A DNA stretch of 64,000 bases from an uncultured Anaerolineales bacterium (GTDB lineage Bacteria; Chloroflexota; Anaerolineae; CG2-30-64-16), in assembly GCA_964513075.1 (NCBI GenBank), contig CAZELR010000006.1, positions 5,031 through 69,030 on the forward strand, written 5' to 3'. Below, piece by piece: positions 1 to 9,228 of the stretch. The position numbers and the translations under genes were made by a program. The notes under the pieces are model-generated. The model saw only the letters and a program-made list of their open reading frames with translations, was not told the DNA's origin and made no database searches. How positions within the stretch are numbered: the stretch's first letter is position 1; each line of letters starts with the position of its first letter.

Positions 1-47
1 CGCGCGGCCCTGTTCAGCGCCGGGCCTGTCCCCCTGGCTGCCCCAGC

Positions 48-914
48 CTAGCCTGCTGCGTTCTGAAAGAACAGGATCGCCTCCAGCACGCCGCCGGCAA
101 TGGCCAGCGACTTTTCCGAGATCAGGGTGCAGTGCTCGGGCGCAGCGCGCGGGTCGACGTCACCGATCTTGAGACCCGCAGTCACGATCGTGCCCGGCCG
201 GACCAGGCCGCGCAGCACGCCCGATGTGCCGGCAAGGACCGGACTGCCCGCAACGCTTGCCACCACCTGTCCCTTCGTGATCCGCTCGCCGATGGCTGCT
301 CGATTCTCCACGATGCCGTCTGCCGGCGCGCGCAGGACCCGCTGCCAGCTCTCGCCCCCCACCAGGCCCGGCACGCCGGTGTTCGGTTCCGCGCTGCCCT
401 GGTAGATAGTGCGGCCCAACCGGTGCCCGCGATTCGTCTCGACGACAGCATGGCAGTCCACGCCGGCGGTGAACCCGGGCCCGAGCGCGATGACCACCGG
501 CGCATCCGCCAGCGTTGTGCCCGTGTTGCGCTTTGCCATGATCGCGTCCACCAACACCGCGGGCGCCAGCTCGGCCAGGCTGCGTGCTTCGGGGTCCACC
601 AGGACGGGGATAATCCTGCGACTGGGCCCTGCTCCGCCCAAGACGCTGCCTTGGGCCAGGATGGCGCGCACCGCGGCAACGTCGTCCGCGCGCCGGGCGC
701 GAATCCCCTCGACCACAACCTCGTTCTCGTAGACCGCCTCGCCGAACGCCACCGTCCGGCGCACCATCAGCGGCTCGGGCAGCTCGATCATGACGACGGG
801 GAAGCCGCAGCGGTGCAGCCGCGCGGCCACTCCGCTCGCCAGGTCGCCGGCGCCCTTGATCACGACGAGCGTAGCGGAGATCGTGGGCATCCTGAGCGCA
901 GTCAAAGGACTCAT
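48..914 (-). CDS. yqeB: Selenium-dependent molybdenum hydroxylase system protein (YqeB/EF2563 family)
   Basis: Motifs VVIKGAGDLASGVAARL, VRRTVAF, VDAIMAKRN, ETNRGHRLGR, VLRAPADG, KIGDVDPR. Start taken at ATG 914, which overlaps the upstream stop (ATGA); the longer ORF-track start at 1070 lies inside the MBL gene. Confidence 0.9.
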   Translation of the reverse strand: MSPLTALRMPTISATLVVIKGAGDLASGVAARLHRCGFPVVMIELPEPLMVRRTVAFGEAVYENEVVVEGIRARRADDVAAVRAILAQGSVLGGAGPSRRIIPVLVDPEARSLAELAPAVLVDAIMAKRNTGTTLADAPVVIALGPGFTAGVDCHAVVETNRGHRLGRTIYQGSAEPNTGVPGLVGGESWQRVLRAPADGIVENRAAIGERITKGQVVASVAGSPVLAGTSGVLRGLVRPGTIVTAGLKIGDVDPRAAPEHCTLISEKSLAIAGGVLEAILFFQNAAG

Positions 915-2023
915 GCGGGCAAACTCAGCCGCAGGCCGCCGGCCGGACCGGCTGCCTGGCCCTGCGGAGCGCCGACCAGCCACCGGCCCTCGGCTTGCTG
1001 CGTCAGGCGATCCGCGATGGCGCCATAGTTGCAGAGCAGGGTCGGCCTGGCGCCGGCCCGGGGCCGGCAAGCCGCGATCAACTGCGCGGTCTCCACGTCC
1101 GGGTGCTGGAACACGGCGCCGTTGGTAGAGATCAGCCAGCGGTCGCAGTCGACCAACTGCAGCCAGGCCTTGCTGACATTGTTCATGCTGCCGTGGTGCG
1201 GCAGCTTTACCGCGTCGAACCGCAGCCTGGCTACCGACCGCTCCGCGGCCAGCCGTTTCAGCGAGGCCGCCAGGGTGCGCGCGTGGGCGTCGCTGGCCAG
1301 CAGCACCGCCACACCGGCATATTCGAAGACGCAGGCGATGCTGGAGCCGTTGGCTACCGTGCTATCGTCCCCGTACTTGCGCGGCTTCGGCATTCCCCTG
1401 GTGTCCGCAGGCAGGGTCGGGGGCCGGTACTCGCGGCGCTCGGCCAGCCGGGCGAGCGCCGCGCTCACGTCGCCGGGCGGGAAGTCGACGATTTCGGCGG
1501 CCCAACGCCTGCGCAGGCTGCGGAGGCGCGCCTCCGTCGGACCCAGGAGGGTGAGCGTGGCGCCGCCGGGGAGCGGCTTCACCGGCAGCGGCCCGGTGTC
1601 CGGAATGACCACCGCGCGGTGGTCGAACTGCCTGTTCCAGCCCGCCCTCAGCGCCGGGTCGACGGTGACCAGGCCGTCGAGGAATTCGCCCTGCAGCGGC
1701 GCACGGGAAACGGCCCTGTTGCTTGCGCGAAAGAATTGGGGCCAGCCGTTGAACCACACCGCATCGATCTCCAGCTTCAGCCGCGCCCGCTCCTGCAGCA
1801 GGATCAGGCTGCCGTCGATGTGGTCGGCGTCGATGTGGGTGACGATCAGCAAGTCCAGCTTGCGCTCGTCTGGCGCCAGCGCCGCGATGCGCCGGCGCAG
1901 GCCCTCTTCATACGTGGGGGCCGGGCCGCCATCGATCAGGATGCGATGCGGGCGGGAGGCGGGACCGTACTCGATCCAAAGCGCGTCGCCGTGTGCAGCC
2001 GGCAGCAGTTCGATCGTAAACAT
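911..2023 (-). CDS. MBL-fold metallo-hydrolase, ComEC/Avs1a-like, cytoplasmic
   Basis: Motifs LIDGG, THIDADHIDG, NGSSIA, LLASDA, KLPHHGS, ISTNG..F.HP. No signal peptide or Competence membrane domain. Confidence 0.85.
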   Translation of the reverse strand: MFTIELLPAAHGDALWIEYGPASRPHRILIDGGPAPTYEEGLRRRIAALAPDERKLDLLIVTHIDADHIDGSLILLQERARLKLEIDAVWFNGWPQFFRASNRAVSRAPLQGEFLDGLVTVDPALRAGWNRQFDHRAVVIPDTGPLPVKPLPGGATLTLLGPTEARLRSLRRRWAAEIVDFPPGDVSAALARLAERREYRPPTLPADTRGMPKPRKYGDDSTVANGSSIACVFEYAGVAVLLASDAHARTLAASLKRLAAERSVARLRFDAVKLPHHGSMNNVSKAWLQLVDCDRWLISTNGAVFQHPDVETAQLIAACRPRAGARPTLLCNYGAIADRLTQQAEGRWLVGAPQGQAAGPAGGLRLSLPA

Positions 2024-2164
2024 GGCTGACCCTCCACCGTGAAAGATTGTCTGCTTCCCAAAGTGCGCTAACAGCGCCTGTCAGCGCACTGATATTGTAG
2101 GCCGACTCCCCGGAGATGTCAATCGGGATTTTCCGGTGGCATCTCTCGCCCAGCCCTTCCGTCA

Positions 2165-2193
2165 TTGACCCGCGGCCTGTTTGGGGCTACAAT
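2165..2193 (+). promoter_or_regulatory. sigma70-type promoter of the GH4-iolB-kdgK-eda operon
   Basis: TTGACC (2165-2170), 17-bp spacer, TACAAT (2188-2193). Confidence 0.7.
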
Positions 2194-2241
2194 GGGCGGC
2201 AAGACGCCCGTTTGCAAGGGCTCTCGATAGGACTTCAGATA

Positions 2242-3645
2242 ATGACGTCATCTCTCCACGGCCAGCCTCGCGATCTGAAGATCGCCTATATCGGCGGCGG
2301 AAGCCGCCAATGGGCGCGCAAGCTCATGTTTGATCTGGCCCTCTGTCCCGACCTGTCAGGACAGGTGGCGCTCTACGACATCGATATCTCCTCGGCCCGG
2401 CTCAACGAGGCGCTGGGCAATTGGCTTCAGACGGCATCCGTGCTGCCGCAGACCGGCGTCCGTTCATCCTGGCGCTATGCTGCGGTCGAGCGGCTGGACG
2501 ACGCGCTGCACGGCGCCGACTTTGTCGTGCTCTCGATCCAGCCCGGCACGCTCGAATGTATGGCCGAGGAGATCGCCATTGCCGAGCGGCATGGGATCTT
2601 CTTCCCCGTGGGCGATACGACCGGCGCGCCGGGCCTGGTGCGCGGGCTGCGCGCCGCCACCACCTACGCAGGCTTTGCGCACGCCATCGAAGCCATCTGT
2701 CCGCAGGCCTGGGTCATCAACTACACCAACCCGATGAGCATCTGCACCCGGACGCTGACCCGCGTCGCGCCGCGGCTGAAGGTCTTCGGCTGCTGCCACG
2801 AGGTGTTTGGGACCCAGCAGATGCTGGCGGGACTGGTGGGCCGTTACTTGCCGGTCCCCGTCCCGCCGCGGGCCGAGATTCGGGTCAACGTGACGGGCAT
2901 CAACCACTTCACCTGGATCGACCGCGCCTTCTATCACGACGTTGATGTGCTGGCGCTCCTGCGGCAGCACATCGGCGAACCCGGCGTGCTCAGACCCTAC
3001 ACGCAGTCGGAGGTGGAGGGGTTCGGCTCCTGGTTCCACAGCGCCGACCAGGTGAAGTTCACACTCTTTCAGCGGTTTGGCCTGCTGGCCGCGGCGGGCG
3101 ACCGGCACCTGGTGGAGTTTCTGCCCGGCTTCACCCGCTCGCCCGAGGAGCTGTTCCGCTGGGGGGTCATCCGCACGCCGGTAAGCTGGCGCATCAGGAC
3201 CTGGCAGGAGGCGCCGGGCAAGACGCGCGACCTCATGGCCGGCCGGACACCGCTCCAATTGGAGCCGTCCGGCGAAGAAGGGGTGGGCCAGATCCGGGCC
3301 TTGCTTGGCCTCGGCGACCTGGTTACCAATGTCAACATGGCGAATTGCGGCCAGGTGGCGAACCTGCCGCCCGACGTGGTGGTGGAAACCAATGCCCACT
3401 TCAGTCGCGACGAAGTGCGGCCGCTGGCTGCCGGCCCGTTGCCTGCGGGCTTGCAGCCCCTGATCTCCCGGCACGTGGCCAGCCAGGAGCTCATCGTCGA
3501 GGCCGCGCTGGCCCGGGACAAGGACCTGGCTTTTCAGGCCGTCTTGGGCGATCCGACCACCCGGCTGCCCGTGGATGAGGCCTGGACCATGTTCCTTGCG
3601 ATGCTCCAAGCCAGCCGGGAATTTCTGCCCGGGTGGGTAGTTTAG
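2242..3645 (+). CDS. Glycoside hydrolase family 4, probable alpha-galacturonidase (LplD-like)
   Basis: NAD-binding IAYIGGGS, GDTTGAPG, NYTNP and GCCHEV (the CHEV motif is characteristic of GH4 alpha-galacturonidases). ATG 2242 follows ATAGGA and lies downstream of the promoter. Confidence 0.85.
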   Translation: MTSSLHGQPRDLKIAYIGGGSRQWARKLMFDLALCPDLSGQVALYDIDISSARLNEALGNWLQTASVLPQTGVRSSWRYAAVERLDDALHGADFVVLSIQPGTLECMAEEIAIAERHGIFFPVGDTTGAPGLVRGLRAATTYAGFAHAIEAICPQAWVINYTNPMSICTRTLTRVAPRLKVFGCCHEVFGTQQMLAGLVGRYLPVPVPPRAEIRVNVTGINHFTWIDRAFYHDVDVLALLRQHIGEPGVLRPYTQSEVEGFGSWFHSADQVKFTLFQRFGLLAAAGDRHLVEFLPGFTRSPEELFRWGVIRTPVSWRIRTWQEAPGKTRDLMAGRTPLQLEPSGEEGVGQIRALLGLGDLVTNVNMANCGQVANLPPDVVVETNAHFSRDEVRPLAAGPLPAGLQPLISRHVASQELIVEAALARDKDLAFQAVLGDPTTRLPVDEAWTMFLAMLQASREFLPGWVV

Positions 3646-3659
3646 AATAGGAGGAACCC

Positions 3660-4475
3660 ATGTCATACTTTGCCGCCGTCCCGAACGCTGCGGGACTCAA
3701 TCGTTTGCCGACCAATCCGTGCAAGCTGCTGGATTTTGCCACCCTGGTGCTGGGCGCCGGCGAAGCCTACGAGGCGACAAGCGGGGATCGCGAGATCCTG
3801 GCCGTCCTGTTGGGCGGCAAGGCCACCTTTGTGGTCAACGGGCAGCGGCTGGGCCCGATCGGCGGCCGGCCGAACGTGTTTGCGGGCAAGCCCCACTCGG
3901 TGTACATTCCCGCGGGCGCCGCCTACACGATCACTGCTCACGGGCCGCTGACCGTGGCGCTGCCCAGCGCACCTAGCGATCTGGTGGTGGAGCCCTACGC
4001 CATCCCCCCGGAGCGGGTGACGACCGGCACCTTCGGCGCGGCTAACTTCAGCCGCAGCTTCCACCAGATCCTGACCCTGGCCGGCCAGCCCGACCTGCCG
4101 GCGCGGCGGCTGATCGTCGGGGAGATCTATACGCCCCCGGGCAATTGGAGCACCTACCCGCCGCACAAGCACGAAGTGGACGACCTGCCGCGCGAGGCGT
4201 ATCACGAAGAGATGTACTTCTTCAAACTCAACCCCGCCGACGGCTTCGGCATGGTGCGCTACTACAACAATGAGATCGACACGGGCTACATCGTCAAGGA
4301 CAACACCATCCTGATGGCGCCTAACGGCTACCACACCACAAACAGCGCCCCCGGCTACACCAGCTATTTCCTGTTTGCTCTGGCCGGCACCCAGCGCATC
4401 CAGGCCACGGTGGAAGACCCGACTCTGGGCTGGGTGGGCCGCACGGTGCCGATGCTGAAGGCGTTGGGGCACTGA
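3660..4475 (+). CDS. iolB: IolB/KduI-family isomerase (5-deoxy-glucuronate isomerase-like)
   Basis: Motifs GGRPNVF, LIVGEIYTPPGNWSTYPPHKHE, HEEMYFF, GYH. SD AGGAGG upstream. Confidence 0.85.
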   Translation: MSYFAAVPNAAGLNRLPTNPCKLLDFATLVLGAGEAYEATSGDREILAVLLGGKATFVVNGQRLGPIGGRPNVFAGKPHSVYIPAGAAYTITAHGPLTVALPSAPSDLVVEPYAIPPERVTTGTFGAANFSRSFHQILTLAGQPDLPARRLIVGEIYTPPGNWSTYPPHKHEVDDLPREAYHEEMYFFKLNPADGFGMVRYYNNEIDTGYIVKDNTILMAPNGYHTTNSAPGYTSYFLFALAGTQRIQATVEDPTLGWVGRTVPMLKALGH

Positions 4476-4515
4476 GGTCGACGACGGCTGGCTGGCGAGA
4501 TAGGCGGGAGGCTCC

Positions 4516-5577
4516 ATGGACACCGGATCCAAAGTGGTGGCCTTTGGCGAGATCATGCTGCGGCTCTCTCCGCCGGGCTACCAGCGTCTTGTCCAGGCGC
4601 GCGCGTTTGACGTGACCTTCGGAGGCGGGGAAGCAAACGTGATGGCCTCTCTGGCCGGCTTCGGCGTTGAGGCCGAGCTCGTGACGCGTCTGCCGGCCAA
4701 CGAGCTGGGCGATGCTTGCCTGGCCTTCCTGCGCGGCCATAGCATTCGCACGAACCACATCCTCCGCGGGGGCAACCGGCTGGGGATCTATTTTCTGGAA
4801 ACGGGCGCGGCCCAGCGCGCCAGCAAGGTGGTCTACGACCGTGCTGATTCCGGCTTTGCGGCGATTCAACCCGGCATGGTGGATTGGGATGCCGTGCTGG
4901 CGGCTCCGGGCGCGGATTGGTTTCACTGGACGGGCATCACACCGGCTGTGTCGGGCAGCGCGGCGGCAGCCTGCCTGGAAGCGGTCCAGGCCGCGCACCG
5001 GCTGGGCGTGACCGTCTCGTGCGACCTTAACTATCGCAAGAATCTATGGCGGTGGGGCAAAGCCGCCGGCGAGGTGATGCCGGAACTGGTGTCTTACGCC
5101 GATGTGGTGATCGCCAACGAGGAGGATGCCGAAAGGGTTTTCGGCATCCGCGCGGCCGGCGCCGCTAGCACCGCCGCGACGCCGGCCGGCGAATTGGCGC
5201 CGGAGAGCTATCGATCCGTGGCCGAGGGTCTGGCGGCGCGGTTCCCGCGCCTCAGGACGATCGCCATCACCTTGCGCGGCTCGCACTCGGCAAGCCACAA
5301 CACCTGGTCGGCCGTGCTGTGGCATGCGGGGCAGTGGTGCGTGGCGCCGCAATACGAGATCCTGCCGGTGGTCGATCGCGTGGGCGGCGGGGACGCCTTT
5401 GCCGCCGGACTGATCTACGGGCTCCTGCTCCGGCCCGGGGACCCGTCCTACGCGCTGCGTTACGCGACCGCGGCATCGTGTCTGAAGCACAGCATCCCCG
5501 GAGATTTCAATGCTGTCACGCGGACGGAGGTAGAACGCCTGATGGCGGGCGACGCATCGGGACGGGTGAGCAGGTAA
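4516..5577 (+). CDS. kdgK: 2-dehydro-3-deoxygluconokinase (PfkB family)
   Basis: Motifs FGEIMLRLSP, GGGEANV, HWTGITPA, DLNYRKNLW, DRVGGGDAFAAGLIYG. Confidence 0.92.
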   Translation: MDTGSKVVAFGEIMLRLSPPGYQRLVQARAFDVTFGGGEANVMASLAGFGVEAELVTRLPANELGDACLAFLRGHSIRTNHILRGGNRLGIYFLETGAAQRASKVVYDRADSGFAAIQPGMVDWDAVLAAPGADWFHWTGITPAVSGSAAAACLEAVQAAHRLGVTVSCDLNYRKNLWRWGKAAGEVMPELVSYADVVIANEEDAERVFGIRAAGAASTAATPAGELAPESYRSVAEGLAARFPRLRTIAITLRGSHSASHNTWSAVLWHAGQWCVAPQYEILPVVDRVGGGDAFAAGLIYGLLLRPGDPSYALRYATAASCLKHSIPGDFNAVTRTEVERLMAGDASGRVSR

Positions 5578-5591
5578 GACAGGAGAACGTT

Positions 5592-6296
5592 ATGGCTCAA
5601 ATCACACGCCTTGAGGTCTATCAGGCCATTCTGGAGACTGGGCTGATCCCATTGTTCTACCAGGGGGAGATCGAGGCGGCCACTGAGCTCGCACTCGCGT
5701 GTGCGCGGGGCGGTGCACAGGTGGTTGAGTTCACCAATCGGGGCGAGGCGGCCTATCCCGTCTTCACGGAGTTGGCCCAGCGATTAACGCGCACCGCACC
5801 GTCCCTGACGGCCGCACCGGCCCCGCGGGTGATCCTGGGCGTGGGCTCCGTTGTGGATGCGCCCACGGCTGCGCTCTTCATCGCGGCCGGCGCGTCCTTC
5901 ATCGTGGGTCCGAACCTCAACCCCGAAATCGCGCGTCTGTGCAACCGCCGCAAGATCGCGTATGTGCCCGGGGCGTCTACCGAGAACGAGATCGGCCAGG
6001 CAGAGGAGTTGGGCGCCGAGATCGTCAAGGTTTTTCCCGGCGAGGTCCTCGGCCCGAAGTTTATTCGCGCGGTTATGGCGCCCTGTCCCTGGCATCGCCT
6101 GCTGCCCACCGGGGGCGTGGATGCGACGGAGGCGAGCGTCACGGAATGGATTCGCGCGGGTGCCGCCGCCGTCGGCATGGGTTCCAAGCTGATCGCGGCG
6201 GAGGCCGTCAAGGCACGGGCGTTCGCCGGTATCAGCGAGAAGGTCGACCAGGTGCTGCGCTGGATTCGTGCAGCGCGCGCGCTGGAATCGACATAA
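5592..6296 (+). CDS. eda: KDPG/KHG aldolase
   Basis: Motifs VEFTNRG, GVGSVVD, EIVKVFPG, LLPTGGV, VGMGSKL. Start at ATG 5592 after AGGAG. Confidence 0.92.
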   Translation: MAQITRLEVYQAILETGLIPLFYQGEIEAATELALACARGGAQVVEFTNRGEAAYPVFTELAQRLTRTAPSLTAAPAPRVILGVGSVVDAPTAALFIAAGASFIVGPNLNPEIARLCNRRKIAYVPGASTENEIGQAEELGAEIVKVFPGEVLGPKFIRAVMAPCPWHRLLPTGGVDATEASVTEWIRAGAAAVGMGSKLIAAEAVKARAFAGISEKVDQVLRWIRAARALEST

Positions 6297-6300
6297 TCTA

Positions 6301-7461
6301 CTACCCAGTACTCGGTTTTTCCTCCTGGAACTTTTCCCGCAACCAGGCAAAGGCGGCTGCCTGCATCGAGAGATCGAATCTGTGGGGGCCGGGGTAGAAT
6401 TGGCCGGTGTACTCATTCGCGTGGCCCACACCGGCGAAGTGGCTGCGCAGCCGGGCATCGGCAGCCCGCATGCCCGGCTCGGTGAAGAGATCGTCATCCA
6501 GGAGGTACTGCACGAGCAGGGGGACCGGCGCGCGGCAGGCCGCCAGGTCGGGCCAGTCCCCGTGCCGCGCCCACCCGAAGGGGAACAGCATCCAGGTGTG
6601 CGACATGTTGTGGTCGAGCAGCCCCTCGTAGGTGCTCATCAGACCGACGATGACTGTGGCCGCAATGTCGTTGTGGGTGGCAGTGAGCAGCGCCGCGCGG
6701 TTGCCGCCGCCCGAAAGGCCCAGGCAGCCTACCCGATCGCCGCACACATCGGCCCGCGACCGGAGGTAATTGGCCGCAATGCGGTCCTCGTGGCTGACGA
6801 CGCCGGCCAGGCTGGCGCCCAAGGCGTTGCAGTACTTCGCTACATAGTGCTCGTGCAGGCCCGCCGCCGCGTTGTACGCAGCGACCTCGGGCGGCGCGTC
6901 CCAGGCAGGGCTGTTGTCGGCCCGGAGCAGCGCGCTGGCCGCGCTGCGCACTTCCGCCGGCATGGTCTCCACGGGAAAGCGCCGGCTGCCCCACAAGAAG
7001 GCGTCGGGTATGAGAACGATGAACCCCGCGCGTGCCAGGGCATTGGCGTAGGCCCGGCCGCCGTAGTATTGTTCCCGGTAGCGTGCCAGCACCTCAGGCG
7101 GGGCGTCGGGACCATCGGCGATCTTCTCCTTGCCGTAGTACTTGAACCCGCCATGATCGTGTAAGGCGATCAGGGCGGGCAGCGGCCGCTGCGCCTGGGC
7201 CGGCTTTAGAAGGTACGCATGCGTGCGCGGCCCGTAGCCCACCGACCAGGAAAGCTCCTCGCCGGCCAGTCCCTCGTGCTCCCAGCGCCGCTCCACCCGG
7301 ACGTCCAACGGCTGCTCTGGCCCGCGGCAGAAGCCCAGGGCGTCGCGCACCAGCGCTTGCGTCTGTGGGCCGGGCGCGGCGATGGGGTAGAGCGGTCCCT
7401 GTCGTCGCGCTTCGTCGATAAGGTCGCTGAAGATGCCGAGATGTTGATAGTGCTGTCCCAT
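6301..7461 (-). CDS. Alpha/beta hydrolase (dienelactone hydrolase / Abhydrolase_7-like esterase)
   Basis: Motifs ALHDHGG, nucleophile elbow GLSGGG, C-terminal GPHRF histidine. Confidence 0.75.
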   Translation of the reverse strand: MGQHYQHLGIFSDLIDEARRQGPLYPIAAPGPQTQALVRDALGFCRGPEQPLDVRVERRWEHEGLAGEELSWSVGYGPRTHAYLLKPAQAQRPLPALIALHDHGGFKYYGKEKIADGPDAPPEVLARYREQYYGGRAYANALARAGFIVLIPDAFLWGSRRFPVETMPAEVRSAASALLRADNSPAWDAPPEVAAYNAAAGLHEHYVAKYCNALGASLAGVVSHEDRIAANYLRSRADVCGDRVGCLGLSGGGNRAALLTATHNDIAATVIVGLMSTYEGLLDHNMSHTWMLFPFGWARHGDWPDLAACRAPVPLLVQYLLDDDLFTEPGMRAADARLRSHFAGVGHANEYTGQFYPGPHRFDLSMQAAAFAWLREKFQEEKPSTG

Positions 7462-7525
7462 GCTTTGTTCTCCGAATGCACGCTGTGGGGACGAGAGGCT
7501 TCGTACGCAGCCGGGAGGCTGCTGC

Positions 7526-8263
7526 CTATAAGGGGGCGATTCCTCCCAGGCGCTCCACCAGCGCCGCCAGGTGTGCCGCCCAAACCCAGGGCTCTGCTAA
7601 CAGTGCGATCTGCGTGGCACGGACAGGAGTCCAGTCTTGGGCGGCCAGGAGGTAATCGGGCGGTGAGTTCTCACAAACCTCGTTGTCGCCGCGCGGTTCA
7701 TCCTCCACGATGAGAGCGATGCGACCGCCGCGACAGAAGAGGGCGAAGTCTGCTACGTACTGGGGTGAGTCCTCGCGTAACGGATATTGGCGTTCAGCTT
7801 CCAGATCCGCCTCTTTCAAGGCCGCCCACAAGGCTTCCTGGCCGCTGCTCCTGGCCCAGAGATCGTTGATTTCTTGCGCCTGGTATAGGCGCGCCATGGT
7901 GGTGGGAATGAAGGTGATGCGGCGCAGCCGGCGGCTGGGGATCGGGTCGGGCAGGGGCACGAGCGGACCCAGCTCGACCCGGTAGTAGCGCTCTTCGGCA
8001 CGCGGGTGCGCCGGTTCTTCGGGGATCAATTCGCGACGGGTCACGATGCGGTAGCCGCGCACTGGCGCGTGCCACTGGACGCGCCAGCGTTCTTCGCTTG
8101 AGAAGCTCCCGGTTTGATAGAACGCCAGGTGCTCTGCGGCTATACGGCGCGGCGCTCGGTTCAGCGGAATGCGATACCACCCCTGCTCGCGCGCGCGCGC
8201 CAGGTCAGCGGGATGATTCACGACGACAACCAGGACAGGGCTGTCGTTCATAGGGCTGTTCAT
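7526..8263 (-). CDS. EVE/PUA-like N-terminal domain fused to a degenerate DUF559-like endonuclease domain
   Basis: N-domain VLVVVVN...GWYRIP...LAFYQT...RYYRVELGPL...RRITFIPTT. C-domain EALWAALK...ERQYP...YVADFALFC. ATGA overlap with uvsE. Confidence 0.55.
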   Translation of the reverse strand: MNSPMNDSPVLVVVVNHPADLARAREQGWYRIPLNRAPRRIAAEHLAFYQTGSFSSEERWRVQWHAPVRGYRIVTRRELIPEEPAHPRAEERYYRVELGPLVPLPDPIPSRRLRRITFIPTTMARLYQAQEINDLWARSSGQEALWAALKEADLEAERQYPLREDSPQYVADFALFCRGGRIALIVEDEPRGDNEVCENSPPDYLLAAQDWTPVRATQIALLAEPWVWAAHLAALVERLGGIAPL

Positions 8264-9207
8264 CGAAGTTGTGCTGCCAAGGCAGGCGCGTAGCGGGCCA
8301 GATCAGCGCGGAGTTGGATCAGGGCCAGGTCCTTGGCTCGCGCTTCCAGCATCACGTCGAACTCGCGCAGCCCTTGCGCCAGTGTCAACAGGTCGATAAA
8401 TTCAAATGGATTGACATAATCTGAATGATAATTCCACCGGGTCCGCTTAAGTTGGGCAGCCTCCGTCGTGGAATCGTCTTCGACACGCCACTCGGTGCGC
8501 GGCGTGCTGAAATGGATTTTGGGCCGGACATCGGCGGGCCAGGTTGCCAGGCACGCGGCCAACGCATCGCGGGGCGTTCTGCCGTCGGGGTTGCAGAGCC
8601 GGTGATGCAGATTGTCGAACACCAGACGGATTCCTGTGCGTTCGTGCACCCAGAGCACATCGGCCACGCCGAAACGCGTGTCGTCATTCTCTAGCACCAG
8701 TCGTTGTGCGATCGCCTGGGGCAGGGTGCCGAAGGTGCGCGCGAAACGTTCGCGCGCCGAGGCTATGTCGCCGTACACGCCGCCCAGGTGGGTGACGATG
8801 ACAGCGTCTGGCCCCAGCCCCATGCCATCGAGGATGCCGGCCTGCACCCCAAGCTCAGCGCTGCTGCTGGCCACCAGGGCTTCATCCGGAGAGTTGAGCA
8901 GGATGTATTGGGCCGGGTGGAAGGAGAGGCGCAGGCCGGCCGCGCGGGCGAGTCCCCCGACTTCTGCTAACTCGGCCGCGCAGTCTGCGACCTGCTGATG
9001 GAACTGAGGCAAATCCGGATGCGTGGCATAGGGCGCCAGGTCATCAGCCATGCGATACATCGTGATGCCCGCGGACGAAAGGTAGGCGAAGATGTCGCGC
9101 AGATAAGCCAGGCTGACGCTCAGGTGCGGCCCGTTCTGCCAGCGACGGCTGTCGTGGCTTTTTAATTCAGGCCGGGCCAGCGGTTTGACAACGAATCCCA
9201 GGCGCAC
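8260..9207 (-). CDS. uvsE: UV DNA damage endonuclease
   Basis: Motifs RLSFHP..Y..LNSP, LVLENDD, LVFDNLHH, RPKIHFS, HSDY, DVMLEA..KDLAL. GTG start 6 nt after AAGGAG. Confidence 0.92.
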   Translation of the reverse strand: MRLGFVVKPLARPELKSHDSRRWQNGPHLSVSLAYLRDIFAYLSSAGITMYRMADDLAPYATHPDLPQFHQQVADCAAELAEVGGLARAAGLRLSFHPAQYILLNSPDEALVASSSAELGVQAGILDGMGLGPDAVIVTHLGGVYGDIASARERFARTFGTLPQAIAQRLVLENDDTRFGVADVLWVHERTGIRLVFDNLHHRLCNPDGRTPRDALAACLATWPADVRPKIHFSTPRTEWRVEDDSTTEAAQLKRTRWNYHSDYVNPFEFIDLLTLAQGLREFDVMLEARAKDLALIQLRADLARYAPALAAQLR

Positions 9208-9228
9208 GATGTTCTCCTTTCGACCAGT

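Noticed and set aside
5150-5190. Short loop insertions in KdgK (also in Eda, YqeB and Der) as mobile palindromes
   Set aside because: Stems of 7-8 bp in very GC-rich, Ala/Gly-coding DNA are expected by chance, and there is no repeat periodicity.
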